From NCBI GenBank assembly GCA_000004985.1, contig GG738932.1: 64,000 nucleotides of DNA. One strand, given 5' to 3'. Within the stretch, counting starts at the first letter, position 1, and each line of letters opens with the position of its first letter. Of this stretch, positions 41,301 through 53,300 are shown piece by piece. Made by a program: the position numbers and the translations under genes. The notes beneath the pieces are model-generated. The model worked only from the letters and a program-made list of their open reading frames with translations, made no database searches and had not been told where the DNA came from. This DNA is from Naegleria gruberi. Taxonomy: Eukaryota.

Positions 41301-44300
41301 NNNNNNNNNNNNNNNNNNNNNNNNNNNNNNNNNNNNNNNNNNNNNNNNNNNNNNNNNNNNNNNNNNNNNNNNNNNNNNNNNNNNNNNNNNNNNNNNNNNN
41401 NNNNNNNNNNNNNNNNNNNNNNNNNNNNNNNNNNNNNNNNNNNNNNNNNNNNNNNNNNNNNNNNNNNNNNNNNNNNNNNNNNNNNNNNNNNNNNNNNNNN
41501 NNNNNNNNNNNNNNNNNNNNNNNNNNNNNNNNNNNNNNNNNNNNNNNNNNNNNNNNNNNNNNNNNNNNNNNNNNNNNNNNNNNNNNNNNNNNNNNNNNNN
41601 NNNNNNNNNNNNNNNNNNNNNNNNNNNNNNNNNNNNNNNNNNNNNNNNNNNNNNNNNNNNNNNNNNNNNNNNNNNNNNNNNNNNNNNNNNNNNNNNNNNN
41701 NNNNNNNNNNNNNNNNNNNNNNNNNNNNNNNNNNNNNNNNNNNNNNNNNNNNNNNNNNNNNNNNNNNNNNNNNNNNNNNNNNNNNNNNNNNNNNNNNNNN
41801 NNNNNNNNNNNNNNNNNNNNNNNNNNNNNNNNNNNNNNNNNNNNNNNNNNNNNNNNNNNNNNNNNNNNNNNNNNNNNNNNNNNNNNNNNNNNNNNNNNNN
41901 NNNNNNNNNNNNNNNNNNNNNNNNNNNNNNNNNNNNNNNNNNNNNNNNNNNNNNNNNNNNNNNNNNNNNNNNNNNNNNNNNNNNNNNNNNNNNNNNNNNN
42001 NNNNNNNNNNNNNNNNNNNNNNNNNNNNNNNNNNNNNNNNNNNNNNNNNNNNNNNNNNNNNNNNNNNNNNNNNNNNNNNNNNNNNNNNNNNNNNNNNNNN
42101 NNNNNNNNNNNNNNNNNNNNNNNNNNNNNNNNNNNNNNNNNNNNNNNNNNNNNNNNNNNNNNNNNNNNNNNNNNNNNNNNNNNNNNNNNNNNNNNNNNNN
42201 NNNNNNNNNNNNNNNNNNNNNNNNNNNNNNNNNNNNNNNNNNNNNNNNNNNNNNNNNNNNNNNNNNNNNNNNNNNNNNNNNNNNNNNNNNNNNNNNNNNN
42301 NNNNNNNNNNNNNNNNNNNNNNNNNNNNNNNNNNNNNNNNNNNNNNNNNNNNNNNNNNNNNNNNNNNNNNNNNNNNNNNNNNNNNNNNNNNNNNNNNNNN
42401 NNNNNNNNNNNNNNNNNNNNNNNNNNNNNNNNNNNNNNNNNNNNNNNNNNNNNNNNNNNNNNNNNNNNNNNNNNNNNNNNNNNNNNNNNNNNNNNNNNNN
42501 NNNNNNNNNNNNNNNNNNNNNNNNNNNNNNNNNNNNNNNNNNNNNNNNNNNNNNNNNNNNNNNNNNNNNNNNNNNNNNNNNNNNNNNNNNNNNNNNNNNN
42601 NNNNNNNNNNNNNNNNNNNNNNNNNNNNNNNNNNNNNNNNNNNNNNNNNNNNNNNNNNNNNNNNNNNNNNNNNNNNNNNNNNNNNNNNNNNNNNNNNNNN
42701 NNNNNNNNNNNNNNNNNNNNNNNNNNNNNNNNNNNNNNNNNNNNNNNNNNNNNNNNNNNNNNNNNNNNNNNNNNNNNNNNNNNNNNNNNNNNNNNNNNNN
42801 NNNNNNNNNNNNNNNNNNNNNNNNNNNNNNNNNNNNNNNNNNNNNNNNNNNNNNNNNNNNNNNNNNNNNNNNNNNNNNNNNNNNNNNNNNNNNNNNNNNN
42901 NNNNNNNNNNNNNNNNNNNNNNNNNNNNNNNNNNNNNNNNNNNNNNNNNNNNNNNNNNNNNNNNNNNNNNNNNNNNNNNNNNNNNNNNNNNNNNNNNNNN
43001 NNNNNNNNNNNNNNNNNNNNNNNNNNNNNNNNNNNNNNNNNNNNNNNNNNNNNNNNNNNNNNNNNNNNNNNNNNNNNNNNNNNNNNNNNNNNNNNNNNNN
43101 NNNNNNNNNNNNNNNNNNNNNNNNNNNNNNNNNNNNNNNNNNNNNNNNNNNNNNNNNNNNNNNNNNNNNNNNNNNNNNNNNNNNNNNNNNNNNNNNNNNN
43201 NNNNNNNNNNNNNNNNNNNNNNNNNNNNNNNNNNNNNNNNNNNNNNNNNNNNNNNNNNNNNNNNNNNNNNNNNNNNNNNNNNNNNNNNNNNNNNNNNNNN
43301 NNNNNNNNNNNNNNNNNNNNNNNNNNNNNNNNNNNNNNNNNNNNNNNNNNNNNNNNNNNNNNNNNNNNNNNNNNNNNNNNNNNNNNNNNNNNNNNNNNNN
43401 NNNNNNNNNNNNNNNNNNNNNNNNNNNNNNNNNNNNNNNNNNNNNNNNNNNNNNNNNNNNNNNNNNNNNNNNNNNNNNNNNNNNNNNNNNNNNNNNNNNN
43501 NNNNNNNNNNNNNNNNNNNNNNNNNNNNNNNNNNNNNNNNNNNNNNNNNNNNNNNNNNNNNNNNNNNNNNNNNNNNNNNNNNNNNNNNNNNNNNNNNNNN
43601 NNNNNNNNNNNNNNNNNNNNNNNNNNNNNNNNNNNNNNNNNNNNNNNNNNNNNNNNNNNNNNNNNNNNNNNNNNNNNNNNNNNNNNNNNNNNNNNNNNNN
43701 NNNNNNNNNNNNNNNNNNNNNNNNNNNNNNNNNNNNNNNNNNNNNNNNNNNNNNNNNNNNNNNNNNNNNNNNNNNNNNNNNNNNNNNNNNNNNNNNNNNN
43801 NNNNNNNNNNNNNNNNNNNNNNNNNNNNNNNNNNNNNNNNNNNNNNNNNNNNNNNNNNNNNNNNNNNNNNNNNNNNNNNNNNNNNNNNNNNNNNNNNNNN
43901 NNNNNNNNNNNNNNNNNNNNNNNNNNNNNNNNNNNNNNNNNNNNNNNNNNNNNNNNNNNNNNNNNNNNNNNNNNNNNNNNNNNNNNNNNNNNNNNNNNNN
44001 NNNNNNNNNNNNNNNNNNNNNNNNNNNNNNNNNNNNNNNNNNNNNNNNNNNNNNNNNNNNNNNNNNNNNNNNNNNNNNNNNNNNNNNNNNNNNNNNNNNN
44101 NNNNNNNNNNNNNNNNNNNNNNNNNNNNNNNNNNNNNNNNNNNNNNNNNNNNNNNNNNNNNNNNNNNNNNNNNNNNNNNNNNNNNNNNNNNNNNNNNNNN
44201 NNNNNNNNNNNNNNNNNNNNNNNNNNNNNNNNNNNNNNNNNNNNNNNNNNNNNNNNNNNNNNNNNNNNNNNNNNNNNNNNNNNNNNNNNNNNNNNNNNNN

Positions 44301-47300
44301 NNNNNNNNNNNNNNNNNNNNNNNNNNNNNNNNNNNNNNNNNNNNNNNNNNNNNNNNNNNNNNNNNNNNNNNNNNNNNNNNNNNNNNNNNNNNNNNNNNNN
44401 NNNNNNNNNNNNNNNNNNNNNNNNNNNNNNNNNNNNNNNNNNNNNNNNNNNNNNNNNNNNNNNNNNNNNNNNNNNNNNNNNNNNNNNNNNNNNNNNNNNN
44501 NNNNNNNNNNNNNNNNNNNNNNNNNNNNNNNNNNNNNNNNNNNNNNNNNNNNNNNNNNNNNNNNNNNNNNNNNNNNNNNNNNNNNNNNNNNNNNNNNNNN
44601 NNNNNNNNNNNNNNNNNNNNNNNNNNNNNNNNNNNNNNNNNNNNNNNNNNNNNNNNNNNNNNNNNNNNNNNNNNNNNNNNNNNNNNNNNNNNNNNNNNNN
44701 NNNNNNNNNNNNNNNNNNNNNNNNNNNNNNNNNNNNNNNNNNNNNNNNNNNNNNNNNNNNNNNNNNNNNNNNNNNNNNNNNNNNNNNNNNNNNNNNNNNN
44801 NNNNNNNNNNNNNNNNNNNNNNNNNNNNNNNNNNNNNNNNNNNNNNNNNNNNNNNNNNNNNNNNNNNNNNNNNNNNNNNNNNNNNNNNNNNNNNNNNNNN
44901 NNNNNNNNNNNNNNNNNNNNNNNNNNNNNNNNNNNNNNNNNNNNNNNNNNNNNNNNNNNNNNNNNNNNNNNNNNNNNNNNNNNNNNNNNNNNNNNNNNNN
45001 NNNNNNNNNNNNNNNNNNNNNNNNNNNNNNNNNNNNNNNNNNNNNNNNNNNNNNNNNNNNNNNNNNNNNNNNNNNNNNNNNNNNNNNNNNNNNNNNNNNN
45101 NNNNNNNNNNNNNNNNNNNNNNNNNNNNNNNNNNNNNNNNNNNNNNNNNNNNNNNNNNNNNNNNNNNNNNNNNNNNNNNNNNNNNNNNNNNNNNNNNNNN
45201 NNNNNNNNNNNNNNNNNNNNNNNNNNNNNNNNNNNNNNNNNNNNNNNNNNNNNNNNNNNNNNNNNNNNNNNNNNNNNNNNNNNNNNNNNNNNNNNNNNNN
45301 NNNNNNNNNNNNNNNNNNNNNNNNNNNNNNNNNNNNNNNNNNNNNNNNNNNNNNNNNNNNNNNNNNNNNNNNNNNNNNNNNNNNNNNNNNNNNNNNNNNN
45401 NNNNNNNNNNNNNNNNNNNNNNNNNNNNNNNNNNNNNNNNNNNNNNNNNNNNNNNNNNNNNNNNNNNNNNNNNNNNNNNNNNNNNNNNNNNNNNNNNNNN
45501 NNNNNNNNNNNNNNNNNNNNNNNNNNNNNNNNNNNNNNNNNNNNNNNNNNNNNNNNNNNNNNNNNNNNNNNNNNNNNNNNNNNNNNNNNNNNNNNNNNNN
45601 NNNNNNNNNNNNNNNNNNNNNNNNNNNNNNNNNNNNNNNNNNNNNNNNNNNNNNNNNNNNNNNNNNNNNNNNNNNNNNNNNNNNNNNNNNNNNNNNNNNN
45701 NNNNNNNNNNNNNNNNNNNNNNNNNNNNNNNNNNNNNNNNNNNNNNNNNNNNNNNNNNNNNNNNNNNNNNNNNNNNNNNNNNNNNNNNNNNNNNNNNNNN
45801 NNNNNNNNNNNNNNNNNNNNNNNNNNNNNNNNNNNNNNNNNNNNNNNNNNNNNNNNNNNNNNNNNNNNNNNNNNNNNNNNNNNNNNNNNNNNNNNNNNNN
45901 NNNNNNNNNNNNNNNNNNNNNNNNNNNNNNNNNNNNNNNNNNNNNNNNNNNNNNNNNNNNNNNNNNNNNNNNNNNNNNNNNNNNNNNNNNNNNNNNNNNN
46001 NNNNNNNNNNNNNNNNNNNNNNNNNNNNNNNNNNNNNNNNNNNNNNNNNNNNNNNNNNNNNNNNNNNNNNNNNNNNNNNNNNNNNNNNNNNNNNNNNNNN
46101 NNNNNNNNNNNNNNNNNNNNNNNNNNNNNNNNNNNNNNNNNNNNNNNNNNNNNNNNNNNNNNNNNNNNNNNNNNNNNNNNNNNNNNNNNNNNNNNNNNNN
46201 NNNNNNNNNNNNNNNNNNNNNNNNNNNNNNNNNNNNNNNNNNNNNNNNNNNNNNNNNNNNNNNNNNNNNNNNNNNNNNNNNNNNNNNNNNNNNNNNNNNN
46301 NNNNNNNNNNNNNNNNNNNNNNNNNNNNNNNNNNNNNNNNNNNNNNNNNNNNNNNNNNNNNNNNNNNNNNNNNNNNNNNNNNNNNNNNNNNNNNNNNNNN
46401 NNNNNNNNNNNNNNNNNNNNNNNNNNNNNNNNNNNNNNNNNNNNNNNNNNNNNNNNNNNNNNNNNNNNNNNNNNNNNNNNNNNNNNNNNNNNNNNNNNNN
46501 NNNNNNNNNNNNNNNNNNNNNNNNNNNNNNNNNNNNNNNNNNNNNNNNNNNNNNNNNNNNNNNNNNNNNNNNNNNNNNNNNNNNNNNNNNNNNNNNNNNN
46601 NNNNNNNNNNNNNNNNNNNNNNNNNNNNNNNNNNNNNNNNNNNNNNNNNNNNNNNNNNNNNNNNNNNNNNNNNNNNNNNNNNNNNNNNNNNNNNNNNNNN
46701 NNNNNNNNNNNNNNNNNNNNNNNNNNNNNNNNNNNNNNNNNNNNNNNNNNNNNNNNNNNNNNNNNNNNNNNNNNNNNNNNNNNNNNNNNNNNNNNNNNNN
46801 NNNNNNNNNNNNNNNNNNNNNNNNNNNNNNNNNNNNNNNNNNNNNNNNNNNNNNNNNNNNNNNNNNNNNNNNNNNNNNNNNNNNNNNNNNNNNNNNNNNN
46901 NNNNNNNNNNNNNNNNNNNNNNNNNNNNNNNNNNNNNNNNNNNNNNNNNNNNNNNNNNNNNNNNNNNNNNNNNNNNNNNNNNNNNNNNNNNNNNNNNNNN
47001 NNNNNNNNNNNNNNNNNNNNNNNNNNNNNNNNNNNNNNNNNNNNNNNNNNNNNNNNNNNNNNNNNNNNNNNNNNNNNNNNNNNNNNNNNNNNNNNNNNNN
47101 NNNNNNNNNNNNNNNNNNNNNNNNNNNNNNNNNNNNNNNNNNNNNNNNNNNNNNNNNNNNNNNNNNNNNNNNNNNNNNNNNNNNNNNNNNNNNNNNNNNN
47201 NNNNNNNNNNNNNNNNNNNNNNNNNNNNNNNNNNNNNNNNNNNNNNNNNNNNNNNNNNNNNNNNNNNNNNNNNNNNNNNNNNNNNNNNNNNNNNNNNNNN

Positions 47301-50300
47301 NNNNNNNNNNNNNNNNNNNNNNNNNNNNNNNNNNNNNNNNNNNNNNNNNNNNNNNNNNNNNNNNNNNNNNNNNNNNNNNNNNNNNNNNNNNNNNNNNNNN
47401 NNNNNNNNNNNNNNNNNNNNNNNNNNNNNNNNNNNNNNNNNNNNNNNNNNNNNNNNNNNNNNNNNNNNNNNNNNNNNNNNNNNNNNNNNNNNNNNNNNNN
47501 NNNNNNNNNNNNNNNNNNNNNNNNNNNNNNNNNNNNNNNNNNNNNNNNNNNNNNNNNNNNNNNNNNNNNNNNNNNNNNNNNNNNNNNNNNNNNNNNNNNN
47601 NNNNNNNNNNNNNNNNNNNNNNNNNNNNNNNNNNNNNNNNNNNNNNNNNNNNNNNNNNNNNNNNNNNNNNNNNNNNNNNNNNNNNNNNNNNNNNNNNNNN
47701 NNNNNNNNNNNNNNNNNNNNNNNNNNNNNNNNNNNNNNNNNNNNNNNNNNNNNNNNNNNNNNNNNNNNNNNNNNNNNNNNNNNNNNNNNNNNNNNNNNNN
47801 NNNNNNNNNNNNNNNNNNNNNNNNNNNNNNNNNNNNNNNNNNNNNNNNNNNNNNNNNNNNNNNNNNNNNNNNNNNNNNNNNNNNNNNNNNNNNNNNNNNN
47901 NNNNNNNNNNNNNNNNNNNNNNNNNNNNNNNNNNNNNNNNNNNNNNNNNNNNNNNNNNNNNNNNNNNNNNNNNNNNNNNNNNNNNNNNNNNNNNNNNNNN
48001 NNNNNNNNNNNNNNNNNNNNNNNNNNNNNNNNNNNNNNNNNNNNNNNNNNNNNNNNNNNNNNNNNNNNNNNNNNNNNNNNNNNNNNNNNNNNNNNNNNNN
48101 NNNNNNNNNNNNNNNNNNNNNNNNNNNNNNNNNNNNNNNNNNNNNNNNNNNNNNNNNNNNNNNNNNNNNNNNNNNNNNNNNNNNNNNNNNNNNNNNNNNN
48201 NNNNNNNNNNNNNNNNNNNNNNNNNNNNNNNNNNNNNNNNNNNNNNNNNNNNNNNNNNNNNNNNNNNNNNNNNNNNNNNNNNNNNNNNNNNNNNNNNNNN
48301 NNNNNNNNNNNNNNNNNNNNNNNNNNNNNNNNNNNNNNNNNNNNNNNNNNNNNNNNNNNNNNNNNNNNNNNNNNNNNNNNNNNNNNNNNNNNNNNNNNNN
48401 NNNNNNNNNNNNNNNNNNNNNNNNNNNNNNNNNNNNNNNNNNNNNNNNNNNNNNNNNNNNNNNNNNNNNNNNNNNNNNNNNNNNNNNNNNNNNNNNNNNN
48501 NNNNNNNNNNNNNNNNNNNNNNNNNNNNNNNNNNNNNNNNNNNNNNNNNNNNNNNNNNNNNNNNNNNNNNNNNNNNNNNNNNNNNNNNNNNNNNNNNNNN
48601 NNNNNNNNNNNNNNNNNNNNNNNNNNNNNNNNNNNNNNNNNNNNNNNNNNNNNNNNNNNNNNNNNNNNNNNNNNNNNNNNNNNNNNNNNNNNNNNNNNNN
48701 NNNNNNNNNNNNNNNNNNNNNNNNNNNNNNNNNNNNNNNNNNNNNNNNNNNNNNNNNNNNNNNNNNNNNNNNNNNNNNNNNNNNNNNNNNNNNNNNNNNN
48801 NNNNNNNNNNNNNNNNNNNNNNNNNNNNNNNNNNNNNNNNNNNNNNNNNNNNNNNNNNNNNNNNNNNNNNNNNNNNNNNNNNNNNNNNNNNNNNNNNNNN
48901 NNNNNNNNNNNNNNNNNNNNNNNNNNNNNNNNNNNNNNNNNNNNNNNNNNNNNNNNNNNNNNNNNNNNNNNNNNNNNNNNNNNNNNNNNNNNNNNNNNNN
49001 NNNNNNNNNNNNNNNNNNNNNNNNNNNNNNNNNNNNNNNNNNNNNNNNNNNNNNNNNNNNNNNNNNNNNNNNNNNNNNNNNNNNNNNNNNNNNNNNNNNN
49101 NNNNNNNNNNNNNNNNNNNNNNNNNNNNNNNNNNNNNNNNNNNNNNNNNNNNNNNNNNNNNNNNNNNNNNNNNNNNNNNNNNNNNNNNNNNNNNNNNNNN
49201 NNNNNNNNNNNNNNNNNNNNNNNNNNNNNNNNNNNNNNNNNNNNNNNNNNNNNNNNNNNNNNNNNNNNNNNNNNNNNNNNNNNNNNNNNNNNNNNNNNNN
49301 NNNNNNNNNNNNNNNNNNNNNNNNNNNNNNNNNNNNNNNNNNNNNNNNNNNNNNNNNNNNNNNNNNNNNNNNNNNNNNNNNNNNNNNNNNNNNNNNNNNN
49401 NNNNNNNNNNNNNNNNNNNNNNNNNNNNNNNNNNNNNNNNNNNNNNNNNNNNNNNNNNNNNNNNNNNNNNNNNNNNNNNNNNNNNNNNNNNNNNNNNNNN
49501 NNNNNNNNNNNNNNNNNNNNNNNNNNNNNNNNNNNNNNNNNNNNNNNNNNNNNNNNNNNNNNNNNNNNNNNNNNNNNNNNNNNNNNNNNNNNNNNNNNNN
49601 NNNNNNNNNNNNNNNNNNNNNNNNNNNNNNNNNNNNNNNNNNNNNNNNNNNNNNNNNNNNNNNNNNNNNNNNNNNNNNNNNNNNNNNNNNNNNNNNNNNN
49701 NNNNNNNNNNNNNNNNNNNNNNNNNNNNNNNNNNNNNNNNNNNNNNNNNNNNNNNNNNNNNNNNNNNNNNNNNNNNNNNNNNNNNNNNNNNNNNNNNNNN
49801 NNNNNNNNNNNNNNNNNNNNNNNNNNNNNNNNNNNNNNNNNNNNNNNNNNNNNNNNNNNNNNNNNNNNNNNNNNNNNNNNNNNNNNNNNNNNNNNNNNNN
49901 NNNNNNNNNNNNNNNNNNNNNNNNNNNNNNNNNNNNNNNNNNNNNNNNNNNNNNNNNNNNNNNNNNNNNNNNNNNNNNNNNNNNNNNNNNNNNNNNNNNN
50001 NNNNNNNNNNNNNNNNNNNNNNNNNNNNNNNNNNNNNNNNNNNNNNNNNNNNNNNNNNNNNNNNNNNNNNNNNNNNNNNNNNNNNNNNNNNNNNNNNNNN
50101 NNNNNNNNNNNNNNNNNNNNNNNNNNNNNNNNNNNNNNNNNNNNNNNNNNNNNNNNNNNNNNNNNNNNNNNNNNNNNNNNNNNNNNNNNNNNNNNNNNNN
50201 NNNNNNNNNNNNNNNNNNNNNNNNNNNNNNNNNNNNNNNNNNNNNNNNNNNNNNNNNNNNNNNNNNNNNNNNNNNNNNNNNNNNNNNNNNNNNNNNNNNN

Positions 50301-53300
50301 NNNNNNNNNNNNNNNNNNNNNNNNNNNNNNNNNNNNNNNNNNNNNNNNNNNNNNNNNNNNNNNNNNNNNNNNNNNNNNNNNNNNNNNNNNNNNNNNNNNN
50401 NNNNNNNNNNNNNNNNNNNNNNNNNNNNNNNNNNNNNNNNNNNNNNNNNNNNNNNNNNNNNNNNNNNNNNNNNNNNNNNNNNNNNNNNNNNNNNNNNNNN
50501 NNNNNNNNNNNNNNNNNNNNNNNNNNNNNNNNNNNNNNNNNNNNNNNNNNNNNNNNNNNNNNNNNNNNNNNNNNNNNNNNNNNNNNNNNNNNNNNNNNNN
50601 NNNNNNNNNNNNNNNNNNNNNNNNNNNNNNNNNNNNNNNNNNNNNNNNNNNNNNNNNNNNNNNNNNNNNNNNNNNNNNNNNNNNNNNNNNNNNNNNNNNN
50701 NNNNNNNNNNNNNNNNNNNNNNNNNNNNNNNNNNNNNNNNNNNNNNNNNNNNNNNNNNNNNNNNNNNNNNNNNNNNNNNNNNNNNNNNNNNNNNNNNNNN
50801 NNNNNNNNNNNNNNNNNNNNNNNNNNNNNNNNNNNNNNNNNNNNNNNNNNNNNNNNNNNNNNNNNNNNNNNNNNNNNNNNNNNNNNNNNNNNNNNNNNNN
50901 NNNNNNNNNNNNNNNNNNNNNNNNNNNNNNNNNNNNNNNNNNNNNNNNNNNNNNNNNNNNNNNNNNNNNNNNNNNNNNNNNNNNNNNNNNNNNNNNNNNN
51001 NNNNNNNNNNNNNNNNNNNNNNNNNNNNNNNNNNNNNNNNNNNNNNNNNNNNNNNNNNNNNNNNNNNNNNNNNNNNNNNNNNNNNNNNNNNNNNNNNNNN
51101 NNNNNNNNNNNNNNNNNNNNNNNNNNNNNNNNNNNNNNNNNNNNNNNNNNNNNNNNNNNNNNNNNNNNNNNNNNNNNNNNNNNNNNNNNNNNNNNNNNNN
51201 NNNNNNNNNNNNNNNNNNNNNNNNNNNNNNNNNNNNNNNNNNNNNNNNNNNNNNNNNNNNNNNNNNNNNNNNNNNNNNNNNNNNNNNNNNNNNNNNNNNN
51301 NNNNNNNNNNNNNNNNNNNNNNNNNNNNNNNNNNNNNNNNNNNNNNNNNNNNNNNNNNNNNNNNNNNNNNNNNNNNNNNNNNNNNNNNNNNNNNNNNNNN
51401 NNNNNNNNNNNNNNNNNNNNNNNNNNNNNNNNNNNNNNNNNNNNNNNNNNNNNNNNNNNNNNNNNNNNNNNNNNNNNNNNNNNNNNNNNNNNNNNNNNNN
51501 NNNNNNNNNNNNNNNNNNNNNNNNNNNNNNNNNNNNNNNNNNNNNNNNNNNNNNNNNNNNNNNNNNNNNNNNNNNNNNNNNNNNNNNNNNNNNNNNNNNN
51601 NNNNNNNNNNNNNNNNNNNNNNNNNNNNNNNNNNNNNNNNNNNNNNNNNNNNNNNNNNNNNNNNNNNNNNNNNNNNNNNNNNNNNNNNNNNNNNNNNNNN
51701 NNNNNNNNNNNNNNNNNNNNNNNNNNNNNNNNNNNNNNNNNNNNNNNNNNNNNNNNNNNNNNNNNNNNNNNNNNNNNNNNNNNNNNNNNNNNNNNNNNNN
51801 NNNNNNNNNNNNNNNNNNNNNNNNNNNNNNNNNNNNNNNNNNNNNNNNNNNNNNNNNNNNNNNNNNNNNNNNNNNNNNNNNNNNNNNNNNNNNNNNNNNN
51901 NNNNNNNNNNNNNNNNNNNNNNNNNNNNNNNNNNNNNNNNNNNNNNNNNNNNNNNNNNNNNNNNNNNNNNNNNNNNNNNNNNNNNNNNNNNNNNNNNNNN
52001 NNNNNNNNNNNNNNNNNNNNNNNNNNNNNNNNNNNNNNNNNNNNNNNNNNNNNNNNNNNNNNNNNNNNNNNNNNNNNNNNNNNNNNNNNNNNNNNNNNNN
52101 NNNNNNNNNNNNNNNNNNNNNNNNNNNNNNNNNNNNNNNNNNNNNNNNNNNNNNNNNNNNNNNNNNNNNNNNNNNNNNNNNNNNNNNNNNNNNNNNNNNN
52201 NNNNNNNNNNNNNNNNNNNNNNNNNNNNNNNNNNNNNNNNNNNNNNNNNNNNNNNNNNNNNNNNNNNNNNNNNNNNNNNNNNNNNNNNNNNNNNNNNNNN
52301 NNNNNNNNNNNNNNNNNNNNNNNNNNNNNNNNNNNNNNNNNNNNNNNNNNNNNNNNNNNNNNNNNNNNNNNNNNNNNNNNNNNNNNNNNNNNNNNNNNNN
52401 NNNNNNNNNNNNNNNNNNNNNNNNNNNNNNNNNNNNNNNNNNNNNNNNNNNNNNNNNNNNNNNNNNNNNNNNNNNNNNNNNNNNNNNNNNNNNNNNNNNN
52501 NNNNNNNNNNNNNNNNNNNNNNNNNNNNNNNNNNNNNNNNNNNNNNNNNNNNNNNNNNNNNNNNNNNNNNNNNNNNNNNNNNNNNNNNNNNNNNNNNNNN
52601 NNNNNNNNNNNNNNNNNNNNNNNNNNNNNNNNNNNNNNNNNNNNNNNNNNNNNNNNNNNNNNNNNNNNNNNNNNNNNNNNNNNNNNNNNNNNNNNNNNNN
52701 NNNNNNNNNNNNNNNNNNNNNNNNNNNNNNNNNNNNNNNNNNNNNNNNNNNNNNNNNNNNNNNNNNNNNNNNNNNNNNNNNNNNNNNNNNNNNNNNNNNN
52801 NNNNNNNNNNNNNNNNNNNNNNNNNNNNNNNNNNNNNNNNNNNNNNNNNNNNNNNNNNNNNNNNNNNNNNNNNNNNNNNNNNNNNNNNNNNNNNNNNNNN
52901 NNNNNNNNNNNNNNNNNNNNNNNNNNNNNNNNNNNNNNNNNNNNNNNNNNNNNNNNNNNNNNNNNNNNNNNNNNNNNNNNNNNNNNNNNNNNNNNNNNNN
53001 NNNNNNNNNNNNNNNNNNNNNNNNNNNNNNNNNNNNNNNNNNNNNNNNNNNNNNNNNNNNNNNNNNNNNNNNNNNNNNNNNNNNNNNNNNNNNNNNNNNN
53101 NNNNNNNNNNNNNNNNNNNNNNNNNNNNNNNNNNNNNNNNNNNNNNNNNNNNNNNNNNNNNNNNNNNNNNNNNNNNNNNNNNNNNNNNNNNNNNNNNNNN
53201 NNNNNNNNNNNNNNNNNNNNNNNNNNNNNNNNNNNNNNNNNNNNNNNNNNNNNNNNNNNNNNNNNNNNNNNNNNNNNNNNNNNNNNNNNNNNNNNNNNNN